Below are positions 1 to 8,353 of a DNA stretch of 64,000 nt, in pieces. The translations under genes were made by a program, and so were the position numbers. A model generated the notes under the pieces. That model saw only the letters and a list, made by a program, of their open reading frames with translations. It was not told the DNA's origin and did not search any database. How positions within the stretch are numbered: the first letter of the stretch is position 1; every line of letters starts with the position of its first letter. The DNA is from Euryhalocaulis sp. Lineage in GTDB: Bacteria > Pseudomonadota > Alphaproteobacteria > Caulobacterales > Maricaulaceae. Location of the stretch: NCBI GenBank assembly GCA_050486445.1, contig JBJHDH010000011.1:2870-66869 (forward strand), given 5' to 3'.

Positions 1-1059
1 CGCCCGCACGTCCACGACGCCAGGAAAATTCCAGGCCGGGGCGAGAGCGGCGGTGAAGATATCCTCCATCGCCCTTGCCTGTTCCAGACGCGGCTCTCGC
101 TCAAACAGGTCGAGCGAGGCGTTGGCGGCGGCGCAGGCCAGCGGGTGCCCCATAAAGGTCGGCCCGTGCATCAGCGCCTTCGCCGGATCGTCCGACCAGA
201 ACGCCTCGAACACACGGCGTGTGGCGATGGTGGCGGCCAATGGCGCGACGCCGCCGGTCAGCGCCTTGCCCACGGTCAGAATATCCGGCACGACGCCGCA
301 AATGTCCGACGCGAACATGGCGCCGAGGCGGCCAAAGCCGGTCATGATCTCGTCCAGGATCAGCAGGACATCATGCCGGTCGCAGGCCGCGCGCACGCGC
401 CGCACCGTCTCTGGCGAATGAAAGCGCATGCCGCCCGCGCCCTGGGCCAGCGGCTCCAGGATCACCGCCGCCGTGCGATGCGCCTCACGCGCCAGCAGCG
501 CCTCGAACGCCGCCGCGCTGGCCTCATCCACGGGCAGGTTCGCGACAATCTGCTGCGGCAGCGCATCGCGGAACAGCGTGTGCATCCCCTCGCCGGGGTC
601 GCACACGCTCATCGCCGCGAATGTGTCGCCATGATAGGCGCCGCGGAAGTGCACGAACTTTGTGCGCGCCGCCTCGCCGCGATTGCGATGGAACTGCACC
701 GCCATCTTCATCGCGACCTCGACCGCGACGGAGCCGGACTCGCTGAAGAACACATGATCCAGATCGCCGGGCGCGAGCGCGGCCAGCCGCGCGGCCAGAC
801 GCTCCGCCGGTTCGTGTGTCAGCCCGCCCAGCATGACATGCGGCAGGCGCGCGAGCTGCGCCTCCACCGCCGCGACAATGTGGGGGTTGCGATGGCCGTG
901 ACAGGCCGTCCACCAGTTGGAAACGCCGTCGATCAGCTCGCGGCCGTCTTCCAGATAGATACGCGCGCCATCGGCCCCCGCGACCCGCAGCGGCGCGGCG
1001 GCGGTCTTCATCTGCGTATAGGGCCGCCAGAGATGCGGCATTTTGGGCATATCCGCCAT
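1..1059 (-). CDS. bioA: adenosylmethionine-8-amino-7-oxononanoate aminotransferase (BioA); C-terminus cut by window edge
   Basis: Absent from the ORF track because it runs off the window. Manual minus-strand translation from ATG at 1059 gives MADMPKMPHLWRPYTQMKTAAAPLRVAGADGARIYLEDGRELIDGVSNWWTACHGHRNP...FFSESGSVAVEVAMKMA...LILDEIMTGFGRLG...TVGKALTGG. These are class III PLP aminotransferase motifs. Divergent from bioF-bioD. Confidence 0.85.
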   Translation of the reverse strand, partial: MADMPKMPHLWRPYTQMKTAAAPLRVAGADGARIYLEDGRELIDGVSNWWTACHGHRNPHIVAAVEAQLARLPHVMLGGLTHEPAERLAARLAALAPGDLDHVFFSESGSVAVEVAMKMAVQFHRNRGEAARTKFVHFRGAYHGDTFAAMSVCDPGEGMHTLFRDALPQQIVANLPVDEASAAAFEALLAREAHRTAAVILEPLAQGAGGMRFHSPETVRRVRAACDRHDVLLILDEIMTGFGRLGAMFASDICGVVPDILTVGKALTGGVAPLAATIATRRVFEAFWSDDPAKALMHGPTFMGHPLACAAANASLDLFEREPRLEQARAMEDIFTAALAPAWNFPGVVDVRA

Positions 1060-1107
1060 GATCGAAGGGGGCTTTAGCAAAGCTCCGCTTCGTGCGACAG
1101 GCGAGTT

Positions 1108-2295
1108 ATGCGTCCTGAGCCGCCCGCCTCGTCCGCCGCCGCTTCATTGGAAGCCTATGCCCGCGCGCGGCTGGAGCGGCTGGACGCCGCCCTGTTGCGG
1201 CGGGTGGTGACAGGGACGGCGCCCCTGCCCGAGGGCGGGGCATGGGTGGAGCGCGGCGGCCGCCGCCTGCTGAATTTCAGCGGCAACGACTATCTGGGCC
1301 TTTCCCGCCATCCAGAGGTGATCGCGGCGGCGCAAGAAGCGACGGCGCGCTATGGCGCGGGCGCGGGGGCGTCGCGGCTGGTCACCGGGGCCTATCCGCT
1401 GCTGCGGCAGCTTGAGGACCGCATCGCCGCCTTCAAGGGGACCGAAGACGCCATTGTGTTCGGCGCCGGCTATCTGGCCAATCTTTCCATCGTTCCGGCG
1501 CTGGCCGGCGGCGGCGACCTGATCCTGATCGACGCGCTGGCCCATTCCTGCCTGCATGCCGGGGCGAAGCTGTCCGGCGCGCAGACCGAGACCTTTCCGC
1601 ATAACGACGTGGCGGCGGCGGAGCGGTTTCTGGCTGCCCGGCGCGGGGATTTCCGCCGCGCCCTGCTGCTGACCGACGGCGTGTTTTCGATGGACGGCGA
1701 TCTTGCGCCATTGCCAGCACTGCTGGCGCTGGCGGACCGGCACGATGTCTGGACGCTGGTGGACGACGCACACGGGCTGGGCGTGGTGGGCGCGGACGGG
1801 CGCGGCGCGGCGCACGTGTTCGATCCGCCGGCCTGCGCGCCCTTGCAGATGGGCACGCTCTCCAAGGCCGTGGGCGCCTATGGCGGCTATCTGGCCGCTT
1901 CCGCCGCCGTATGCGATCTGGTGCGCAACCGCGCCGGAGCCTTCATCTACACCACCGCGCCCGCGCCCGCGGCGGCCGGGGCGGCGCTGAAATCGCTGGA
2001 GATCATCGGCCGTGACGCGGAATTGCGCGCCCGGCCGCTTGACCTGGCGGCGCGCTTCTGTTCCTCACTAAACCTGCCGCCGCCAGTCTCCCCCATCGTC
2101 CCGGTCATTCTTGGCGAACCGGACAGGGCGCTGGCGGCATCCGAAACTCTGGCGGAGCACGGCTTTCTGGCTGCGGCGATCCGCCCGCCCACGGTGCCGA
2201 AGGGAACAGCCCGGCTACGAATTACATTCTGTGCCGAACATGGGGAGCCGCAGGTGGACAGGCTGGCGGAGACGATACGGGGAATGATTCTATGA
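1108..2295 (+). CDS. bioF: 8-amino-7-oxononanoate synthase
   Basis: 395 aa with NFSGNDYLGL, DDAHGLGVVG and GTLSKAVG (PLP lysine) motifs of the alpha-oxoamine synthase family. Overlaps the bioD start by 4 nt. Confidence 0.9.
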   Translation: MRPEPPASSAAASLEAYARARLERLDAALLRRVVTGTAPLPEGGAWVERGGRRLLNFSGNDYLGLSRHPEVIAAAQEATARYGAGAGASRLVTGAYPLLRQLEDRIAAFKGTEDAIVFGAGYLANLSIVPALAGGGDLILIDALAHSCLHAGAKLSGAQTETFPHNDVAAAERFLAARRGDFRRALLLTDGVFSMDGDLAPLPALLALADRHDVWTLVDDAHGLGVVGADGRGAAHVFDPPACAPLQMGTLSKAVGAYGGYLAASAAVCDLVRNRAGAFIYTTAPAPAAAGAALKSLEIIGRDAELRARPLDLAARFCSSLNLPPPVSPIVPVILGEPDRALAASETLAEHGFLAAAIRPPTVPKGTARLRITFCAEHGEPQVDRLAETIRGMIL

Positions 2296-2999
2296 CCGCA
2301 CCATTTTTTGTGGCCGCGCCCGGCATGGAGAAGGGCGCCGGAGGGTCAGCCGCCGCGCCGTTTTTTGTGACTGGGACCGGAACGGAAGCCGGCAAAACGC
2401 ATATTCTCTGCGCCCTGTTGCGCACGGCGCGGGCGCGCGGATTGAACCCGGCGCCACTGAAGCCGGTGCATTCCGGCTTTGACGATCCGGCGGCGTCGGA
2501 TTCCGCGCAATTGCTACGCGCCGCAGGTGCGGAGCCGAGCGAAGACCTTATCGCGGCCATCACGCCGTTCCGCTTTCGTACGGCGCTGGCTCCGGACAAG
2601 GCAGCCAGGCGCGAGGGCATGACGCTGATGAACGCGGAGGTGGCCGCCTTCTGCAAAACGGCCGCCCGCCAGGCGAGCGGGCCGCTTTTCATCGAGGGCG
2701 CCGGCGGCGTGATGTCGCCACTGGCCGATGATGCGCTGAATCTGGACCTGATCCGCTGGCTAGGCGCGCGGCCGATCCTGATCGGCGGCGCGTATCTGGG
2801 CGCCATCAGCCACACTCTGACCGCCGTGGCGGCCATGCGCGCCAGCGGCGCGGCGCCGGAACTGGTGCTCATCAACCCGTATCCGGCCGGGCCCGCCTCC
2901 CCCGCGGAGATGATCGAGTCGCTGGCCCGCTTTGGCTGCCCCGCCATGCTGTGGGACGAGACCGATCCGGGCGCCGTGCTGGACGTGCTGAAGCTCTGA
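2292..2999 (+). CDS. bioD: ATP-dependent dethiobiotin synthetase
   Basis: 235 aa with P-loop-like VTGTGTEAGKT and EGAGGVMSP motifs. Translationally coupled to bioF. Confidence 0.85.
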   Translation: MTAPFFVAAPGMEKGAGGSAAAPFFVTGTGTEAGKTHILCALLRTARARGLNPAPLKPVHSGFDDPAASDSAQLLRAAGAEPSEDLIAAITPFRFRTALAPDKAARREGMTLMNAEVAAFCKTAARQASGPLFIEGAGGVMSPLADDALNLDLIRWLGARPILIGGAYLGAISHTLTAVAAMRASGAAPELVLINPYPAGPASPAEMIESLARFGCPAMLWDETDPGAVLDVLKL

Positions 3000-3060
3000 A
3001 CTCTGAAGCCTTGCCGCAGGGCCGGGCCGGGATCATGATCCCCACAAGGGAGGATTTTGC

Positions 3061-4122
3061 ATGACCCACGCCCGGCTTTCGGCCCAGGCTGGTCTGGCCG
3101 CATGCCTTGCAGCATGCGTGGCCACGCCCGCTTTAGCCCATCATTCGCGCGCCAATTTCGACATGGAGCGCGAGATCGATTTTACCGGCACGATCAAGGA
3201 ATTTTCCTGGCGCAACCCGCACGCCTATCTGGTGATCGAGGGAATCGACGATTCCGGCCGCATGATCGACTACACGTTCGAGATGAACTCGACCCCGGTA
3301 ATGATGCGCTATGGTTGGAGCCGCGACTCCGTGGCCGTCGGCGATCATGTCACCGTGCGCGGCAATCCCGACAAGGACGGCGGCAAACGCTTCGCCTACA
3401 CCACGGTGGTGGTGAAGGCGGACGGCACGGAGCTGTGGTCATGGGGCGATGGCGCGCGGTCTGCGCCGCCCGCGCCCACGCCGCCCTCCACGGATTTCAC
3501 CGGGGTATGGACGTTCGCCCCTGAAGGCGGGTTCAATCCGCTGGGGCTCGACCGGCCGGATGACGTGCTGCACGAAAGCGGTCTGCCGCTGACCGGCGAG
3601 GCGCGGGCGATGCTGGCGGCGTTCGACATGCGCGACGACCCGACGCTGAACTGCGAGCCGCCGACCCTGCCGGGCGCGGCGGGCGCGCCCTATCCGCACC
3701 GCGTCACCCGCACCGGCGCCAGCACGCTGGAGATCGCCTACGAGGTCGATAATGCGCGGCGCATTGTGCATCTGGATATGGACGCGCATCCGTCGGACAT
3801 CGAGCCAAGCCCGCTCGGCCATTCCATCGGCCGCTATAACGCAGACGGTTCGCTCACCATCGAGACGATCGCCTTCCTGCCAGCGACATGGGGGCACGAC
3901 CAGGCGGTGGATTCCAGCGGCGAGAAACGCACAGTGGAGCATCTGGAGCTGCTGGACGGCGGGCTGCGCTATCGCAACACGGTGACGGTGACAGACCCCG
4001 CCGTGCTGACGGATTCCTACCAGCGCGTTTACACCTATCGCCAGTTCGGCAATTACGAATTGCAGGACTATACCTGCGACGTCGATACCGCGCAGCGGCA
4101 TCTGAACGCCGGCGCGGAGTAA
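3061..4122 (+). CDS. secreted protein: N-terminal DUF6152-like domain plus ~220-aa C-terminal extension
   Basis: Signal peptide ...CVATPALA|HHSRANFD. The pattern AHHS..FD...G.I.EF.WRNPH resembles DUF6152 as recalled from memory. The C-terminal part has a G.SIGRY..DGSL.IET motif. Confidence 0.5.
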   Translation: MTHARLSAQAGLAACLAACVATPALAHHSRANFDMEREIDFTGTIKEFSWRNPHAYLVIEGIDDSGRMIDYTFEMNSTPVMMRYGWSRDSVAVGDHVTVRGNPDKDGGKRFAYTTVVVKADGTELWSWGDGARSAPPAPTPPSTDFTGVWTFAPEGGFNPLGLDRPDDVLHESGLPLTGEARAMLAAFDMRDDPTLNCEPPTLPGAAGAPYPHRVTRTGASTLEIAYEVDNARRIVHLDMDAHPSDIEPSPLGHSIGRYNADGSLTIETIAFLPATWGHDQAVDSSGEKRTVEHLELLDGGLRYRNTVTVTDPAVLTDSYQRVYTYRQFGNYELQDYTCDVDTAQRHLNAGAE

Positions 4123-4342
4123 TCACTGGAAGTAACGCGGAGGGGAAGCGCGCCTCGCCTTCTTCCCGTTGCACGAAAGAGGTGATCTTTCGTCGCGCTT
4201 CACCATATACTGGTGTTTAGCGCGAAGGCTGGGACATCAGGGAGAATCGGCCATGGCGGCGGATATCGGGACCGGGGAAGCAGCCGCGGTAATCGCGCGA
4301 CGCAATGATCGCACCCGCGCGGGGACGGCAGGGAGGAGATTC

Positions 4343-4732
4343 ATGCGGTTGATACCAGGATTTCTGTTCATTCTGATTCTCTACGTCATCGGCTATTTTC
4401 TGTTCTCAGATCCGCGAACCCCGCTCTTCACCATCGGGCCGTACGCTCTGGCCTGGGTCGAGGTGCTGATGGTCACCGCCGCTGTGATGGCGATGTTCGA
4501 GCAGCTGAAGGTCTCCCGCCCCGGCGAGAACAATATTGGCATCGTGCTAATGATCGGCGTTCTCGCCGTCGTGCAGATCGTGCTGTTTACGCTCGGCGCC
4601 GCCGGGGTCGGATGGGCGTCGATCTTCGGCAACACCGAATTCCTGTTGCTGACGGTGATCAACGCGGCGCAGACCGTGGTGGCGTTCCAGATCAACGCGG
4701 CCACGCTGATGCGGACGATCAGTTCGGGCTGA
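4343..4732 (+). CDS. small hypothetical integral membrane protein (about 4 TM)
   Basis: GGAGG lies 6 nt upstream of ATG 4343. Sequence starts MRLIPGFLFILILYVIGYFLF and shows four hydrophobic stretches. The track ORF starts earlier, at 4169. Confidence 0.5.
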   Translation: MRLIPGFLFILILYVIGYFLFSDPRTPLFTIGPYALAWVEVLMVTAAVMAMFEQLKVSRPGENNIGIVLMIGVLAVVQIVLFTLGAAGVGWASIFGNTEFLLLTVINAAQTVVAFQINAATLMRTISSG

Positions 4733-4852
4733 CCGCCCGACGGGTCCGGCTGTGCTTTGACGGCGGGCATAGCATAGCCCGGGAAACAGCACGGGGAGGA
4801 GACGCGCCGCGTCCCCTCCCCGTCATTCCGTCCGGTCTTGCCTCAGCCCGTC

Positions 4853-5884
4853 TCAGTCCTGCGTAAGCGACGCATAGGCGCCGGCGACATTCTGGCCGTG
4901 CCGGTCATACGCGCTCCATTCCGAGTATTGCTCCAGCGTGAGGTCCGCCTGAATCTCCTCCAGCGAGCGGCCGGCGGCGATGCCGTCCCGCACGCCTTCC
5001 ATAACATCCAGATGATACTGGTGATGCGCCACCACATCCGCGCGGTCACCGATCTCGCCATGGCCCGGCACGACGATGTCGAAATCCTGGGCCAGCGCCG
5101 CCTCGGTGATCGTTTCCAGATCGGAGAGCATGAAGGTTGGACCGATGACAGGCAGGCGTTTGGTGTTGATGATATCGACCACGAACAGCGTGCGCTGTTC
5201 AGGAAAAATCACCAGAGCCATATCCGGCGAATGCGCGGCCTCGACATGCACCATTTGCACCGTCTGGCCGCCCAGCGTGATCTCATGCGACGCGCCGGAC
5301 CAGGTTTCGTCCGGCATCCGCACGCCGCCAAACGGGCTCAGCGGGCCGAACTGCATCGCGAACAGCTCGCGCGCCGTCAGCGCGCCGTCGCCATCCGCAT
5401 CCAGCGCATCGAAGTTCGCCGCGACATTGGGCGGCGCTTCATCGCGTTGCAGCACGCCATCGCCGTTGGCGTCCGCGGCGGCGAACTGGCCGGTCAGCGG
5501 CGCGCCTTCCGCCGGCGGAGTCAGCGGCGCGACCGCGGCTTCGTGCGCCACCACGGTCGCCTCCGGCCAGACCTGCGCGCCGGAAACATGGTCCGCATGA
5601 TGGTGCGAATAGACAACATAGCGCACCGGAACGTCGAAGCGGCTCTCCAGCTCTCCGGCCAGCCATTCAGCCGCACCAAGATTCAGTGGATCAGCGACAA
5701 TGATGCCCTCATCCGTCACCAGGAACAGGCCGAACCAGGCGCTGTCCTGAAAGCGGTAGAGATCGGGCGCGACCTCGATAATGCCGCGTTCGGGTGGCTG
5801 CTGGCCCAGCGCCGGCGCAGCGAAAGCCAGCGGCGCGCACAGCGCGGCAACGGCCAGATAATGACGGAGTCCGATGCGATTCAT
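4853..5884 (-). CDS. exported MBL-fold metallo-hydrolase with inserted EF-hand pair
   Basis: HHHADH zinc motif and signal peptide MNRIGLRHYLAVAALCAPLAFAAPALG. Two canonical 12-residue EF-hand loops, DANGDGVLQRDE and DADGDGALTARE. GGGGAGG RBS upstream of ATG 5884. Confidence 0.75.
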   Translation of the reverse strand: MNRIGLRHYLAVAALCAPLAFAAPALGQQPPERGIIEVAPDLYRFQDSAWFGLFLVTDEGIIVADPLNLGAAEWLAGELESRFDVPVRYVVYSHHHADHVSGAQVWPEATVVAHEAAVAPLTPPAEGAPLTGQFAAADANGDGVLQRDEAPPNVAANFDALDADGDGALTARELFAMQFGPLSPFGGVRMPDETWSGASHEITLGGQTVQMVHVEAAHSPDMALVIFPEQRTLFVVDIINTKRLPVIGPTFMLSDLETITEAALAQDFDIVVPGHGEIGDRADVVAHHQYHLDVMEGVRDGIAAGRSLEEIQADLTLEQYSEWSAYDRHGQNVAGAYASLTQD

Positions 5885-6078
5885 GGTGACGCCTCCCCGG
5901 CAAACGGCGCCGCTTTGGCGCGCATTGGCCGGGAGTGTAGCGCCGCGCGAGGTGCTCTTAAAGCGCACGCGGGCGGGAAGCATATGTTATATAATAGCGT
6001 TTTCTGTAGCGCCCACAGCATCGGGTGATCAGGTGAATCTCCCGATGCTGTGGATTCATGAGTGGTCGCGCCGGTCAT

Positions 6079-6105
6079 GCGAAAAACCGGTTCCCACTTT
6101 TTCGC
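6079..6105. repeat. hairpin element gcgaaaaa-N11-tttttcgc, just downstream of the FNT gene stop
   Basis: 8-bp perfect arms and an 11-nt loop. A related copy in the opposite orientation lies at 39400..39426. May act as the minus-strand terminator of the FNT gene. Confidence 0.5.
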
Positions 6106-6113
6106 CCTGCGCT

Positions 6114-6983
6114 TTAGCCGCGCCGGCGCAGATAGACGAACCAGTACACCACGCCGACCAGCAGACTGCCGCCGATCAGATTGCCCAGCGTGGAGACAGC
6201 GATGTTGTGCAGCGCCGCGCCGGCAGTGAACGCCGCATAAGTCTCCGCCCCCTGCCCGATCGCCGCCCAGAATTCCGGCCCGGCCCATGCTTTGACGGCG
6301 AGCGCATAGGGCAGGAAATAGAGATTGGCGATGGAATGCTCGAACCCGGCGGCGACGAACGCCGCGATGGGCGGAACGATGACCACGACCTTGTCGATGA
6401 CGGTGCGGCCGCCGAACGACATCCACACCGCCAGACAGACCAGCACATTGCAGAGCACAGCGAGGAAGAAGAGCTGGATGGTGGGCAGCGCCGCCTTGGA
6501 AGAGGCGATCCCGAGCGCCGTCGCGCCCACACCGCCATCCGCGAAACCATGTATGCCGGAGAGGAACACCAGCGCCGCTGTGCCAAGGGCGCCAACAATA
6601 TTGCCGAGATAGACAATCGCCCAGGCGCGCAGCAGCGGCGCAAGTGTGATGCGGCGGCTGGCCCAGGCCACGACCATCAGCGTATCCCCGGTGAACAGCT
6701 CCGCCCCGCCGACAATCACCAGAATCAGGCCGAGCGAAAAGACGACCCCCGCCAGCAGACGCGCCGTCCCCCAAGGCATGTCCGCCGCGCCGGTCAGCAC
6801 CACGGTCATAAAGATGGCGCCAAACGCGATAAAGGCGCCCGCCAGCACGCCGAGAACGAAGAGGGTCAGCGCGTCGCGCCCGGCCTTGGCCGCGCCGGCC
6901 TCCTCGCACGCCGCCGCCATATCTGGCGGAAGCAGCGCGGGCGCCGCGCAGGACGGGCGCGCCTGATCTTCCGGCTGGGTCAT
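6114..6983 (-). CDS. formate/nitrite transporter (FNT) family channel
   Basis: GGAELFTGDTLMV, GNIVGA and FEHSIANLYF motifs typical of FocA/NirC. Start taken at MTQPED (ATG 6983). Confidence 0.8.
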   Translation of the reverse strand: MTQPEDQARPSCAAPALLPPDMAAACEEAGAAKAGRDALTLFVLGVLAGAFIAFGAIFMTVVLTGAADMPWGTARLLAGVVFSLGLILVIVGGAELFTGDTLMVVAWASRRITLAPLLRAWAIVYLGNIVGALGTAALVFLSGIHGFADGGVGATALGIASSKAALPTIQLFFLAVLCNVLVCLAVWMSFGGRTVIDKVVVIVPPIAAFVAAGFEHSIANLYFLPYALAVKAWAGPEFWAAIGQGAETYAAFTAGAALHNIAVSTLGNLIGGSLLVGVVYWFVYLRRRG

Positions 6984-7051
6984 CGCGCCGTCACGCCCAT
7001 GGCCTCCTCCCCTTCCCGCACGTTTCACCCGGACACTCCGGTTATGTCCTT

Positions 7052-7318
7052 CTAGCCCCCGGACAGCGCCTGAAACACAAACACTTCGTCCTGCGCCCCG
7101 ACAGGATCGCTGAGCGCGTCCCGGTCCGCAATCGTCTCACGATTGACGAAAATCGTGACATGTTTCCGAAGGCGGCGCTGGTCGAAAATATAGGTTCCAA
7201 GCTGCGGATTGTCGGCGAATACCGCCTCCAGCGCCGCGCGCACCGTCGCGCCCTCCACCACGCACGGCGGGCAATCGACATGGCGTTTCAGATTCTCTGT
7301 AAAGCTGACCCGGGGCAT
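7052..7318 (-). CDS. MoaD/ThiS-family ubiquitin-like small protein (C-terminal Gly-Gly)
   Basis: 88 aa, MPRVSFTENLKRHVDCPPCVVEGATVRAALEAV...VFVFQALSGG*. Its first 74 nt belong to direct repeat copy A. No SD is visible upstream in the present context. Confidence 0.6.
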   Translation of the reverse strand: MPRVSFTENLKRHVDCPPCVVEGATVRAALEAVFADNPQLGTYIFDQRRLRKHVTIFVNRETIADRDALSDPVGAQDEVFVFQALSGG

Positions 7319-7319
7319 G
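7245..7319. repeat. direct repeat copy A (75 bp, identical to 7929..8003)
   Basis: Base-by-base comparison gives 75/75 identity. Flanking similarity extends it to about 84 bp with 2 mismatches. Confidence 0.9.
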
Positions 7320-7503
7320 TCTGTATTGTTTCGGACGCCGGGGCGCCGAGCGCCATTTCGTTGATACCCACCTATTTTCGACGATACATGGCTGCGAGGG
7401 GCGTGCAAGCAGGAGGAGGTCGTTCTCCTCCCGGCCAATTTGTAACGCTCGCTAGCCGCCTTCCAACGCTTCACCTGAAAATAACCAATTAGGCAATTTT
7501 ATG

Positions 7504-7528
7504 TTGTCAAAATGAAATAATTTGGCAA
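7504..7528. promoter_or_regulatory. imperfect inverted repeat TTGTCAAA-N9-TTTGGCAA in an AT-rich stretch upstream of the small ORF
   Basis: 7 of 8 arm positions are complementary. Lies about 40 nt upstream of ATG 7567. Function is inferred only. Confidence 0.25.
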
Positions 7529-7566
7529 CAATATTAGCCATATTGGAATATTTGGGGGAGCCAGAA

Positions 7567-7818
7567 ATGCATACCAGCCTACGCGAGCCGACTAGTCATA
7601 TGGGGCTTGCTCTGGCCGCGGGTCTCGCGCCTGGCCAACGCGTCCACTATTGCACGCGATCCGGCCGTCATTTGGGTGATGGAACCATCTGCGGCGTGAG
7701 TGAGGATTTCGGTCCGGACGGGGAGGTTATCCCGGTCTACCATGTCCGGATTGAAACTCGGGACGGAGGCCAACATATCCTCTGGGGCTACGCCAACCAG
7801 TTCCGGCCAGCGAATTAG
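7567..7818 (+). CDS. hypothetical small protein (83 aa) inside the repeat-bounded insert
   Basis: GGGGAG SD 6 nt upstream of ATG 7567. Sequence MHTSLREPTSHMGLALAAGLAPGQRVHYCTRSGRHLGDGTICGVSEDFGPDGEVIPVYHVRIETRDGGQHILWGYANQFRPAN. No family recognised. Confidence 0.4.
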   Translation: MHTSLREPTSHMGLALAAGLAPGQRVHYCTRSGRHLGDGTICGVSEDFGPDGEVIPVYHVRIETRDGGQHILWGYANQFRPAN

Positions 7819-7897
7819 CGCCTACCCCTGCGGCACGGATGGCTAGTAGATCGTTCCGTGGATCGTTCAGCGTCTCAGACAGCCTGCCGTTCGGGGA

Positions 7898-8002
7898 TTA
7901 TCTTGATTCGCCGCCCCTCGCACGCACGGTCGCGCCCTCCACCACGCACGGCGGGCAATCGACATGGCGTTTCAGATTCTCTGTAAAGCTGACCCGGGGC
8001 AT
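7898..8002 (-). pseudogene. truncated duplicate of the MoaD-like gene 5' end (34 codons then stop)
   Basis: Manual translation gives MPRVSFTENLKRHVDCPPCVVEGATVRARGGESR*. Identical to the 7052..7318 product through ...GATVRA. Sits 6 nt after the ArsR stop. Confidence 0.7.
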
Positions 8003-8003
8003 G
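7929..8003. repeat. direct repeat copy B (75 bp, identical to 7245..7319)
   Basis: See copy A. The offset between copies is exactly 684 bp. Confidence 0.9.
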
Positions 8004-8008
8004 GGCGC

Positions 8009-8353
8009 CTATCCGTCTTTCTCCTCGGCGAAAGATTTCAACCGTTCGAGCGCATCGTCCCATTGTTGCGCGGCGCGTACGAGATAATCCCGCGCCTGAC
8101 GCACGGCGGCAAGGTCGATCACATAATGGCTCTCGCGGCCCACCCGCTCTGACCTGACAAGCCCGGCCCCTTCGAGCACGCGCAGATGCTTTGTCACCCC
8201 CTGCCGCGTCAGCTCGAAACCCGCAGCCAGATTGGCGATGGAATGCGGTCGCCCATCGCCCAGCCGCGACACAAGACGCAGCCGGTTCGGGTCGCCCAGA
8301 GCCGCAAAGATGGAGGCGGCCTGCGCTTGCTGGGCCTTGTTACTTCTCGGCAT
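8009..8353 (-). CDS. ArsR/SmtB-family transcriptional regulator
   Basis: 114 aa from MPRSNK. Contains FAALGDPNRLRLVSRL...HSIANLAAGFELTRQGVTKHLRVLEGAGLV (winged HTH). ATG overlaps the stop of the upstream gene (ATGCCGAGAAGTAA). Confidence 0.8.
   Translation of the reverse strand: MPRSNKAQQAQAASIFAALGDPNRLRLVSRLGDGRPHSIANLAAGFELTRQGVTKHLRVLEGAGLVRSERVGRESHYVIDLAAVRQARDYLVRAAQQWDDALERLKSFAEEKDG

Noticed and set aside
1060-1107. Short palindrome GCTTT-AGC-AAAGC in the divergent bioA/bioF promoter region as a possible biotin-regulator operator
   Set aside because: It has only 5-bp arms and does not resemble the TTATMKATAA-type BioR site I recall for alphaproteobacteria. Support is insufficient.
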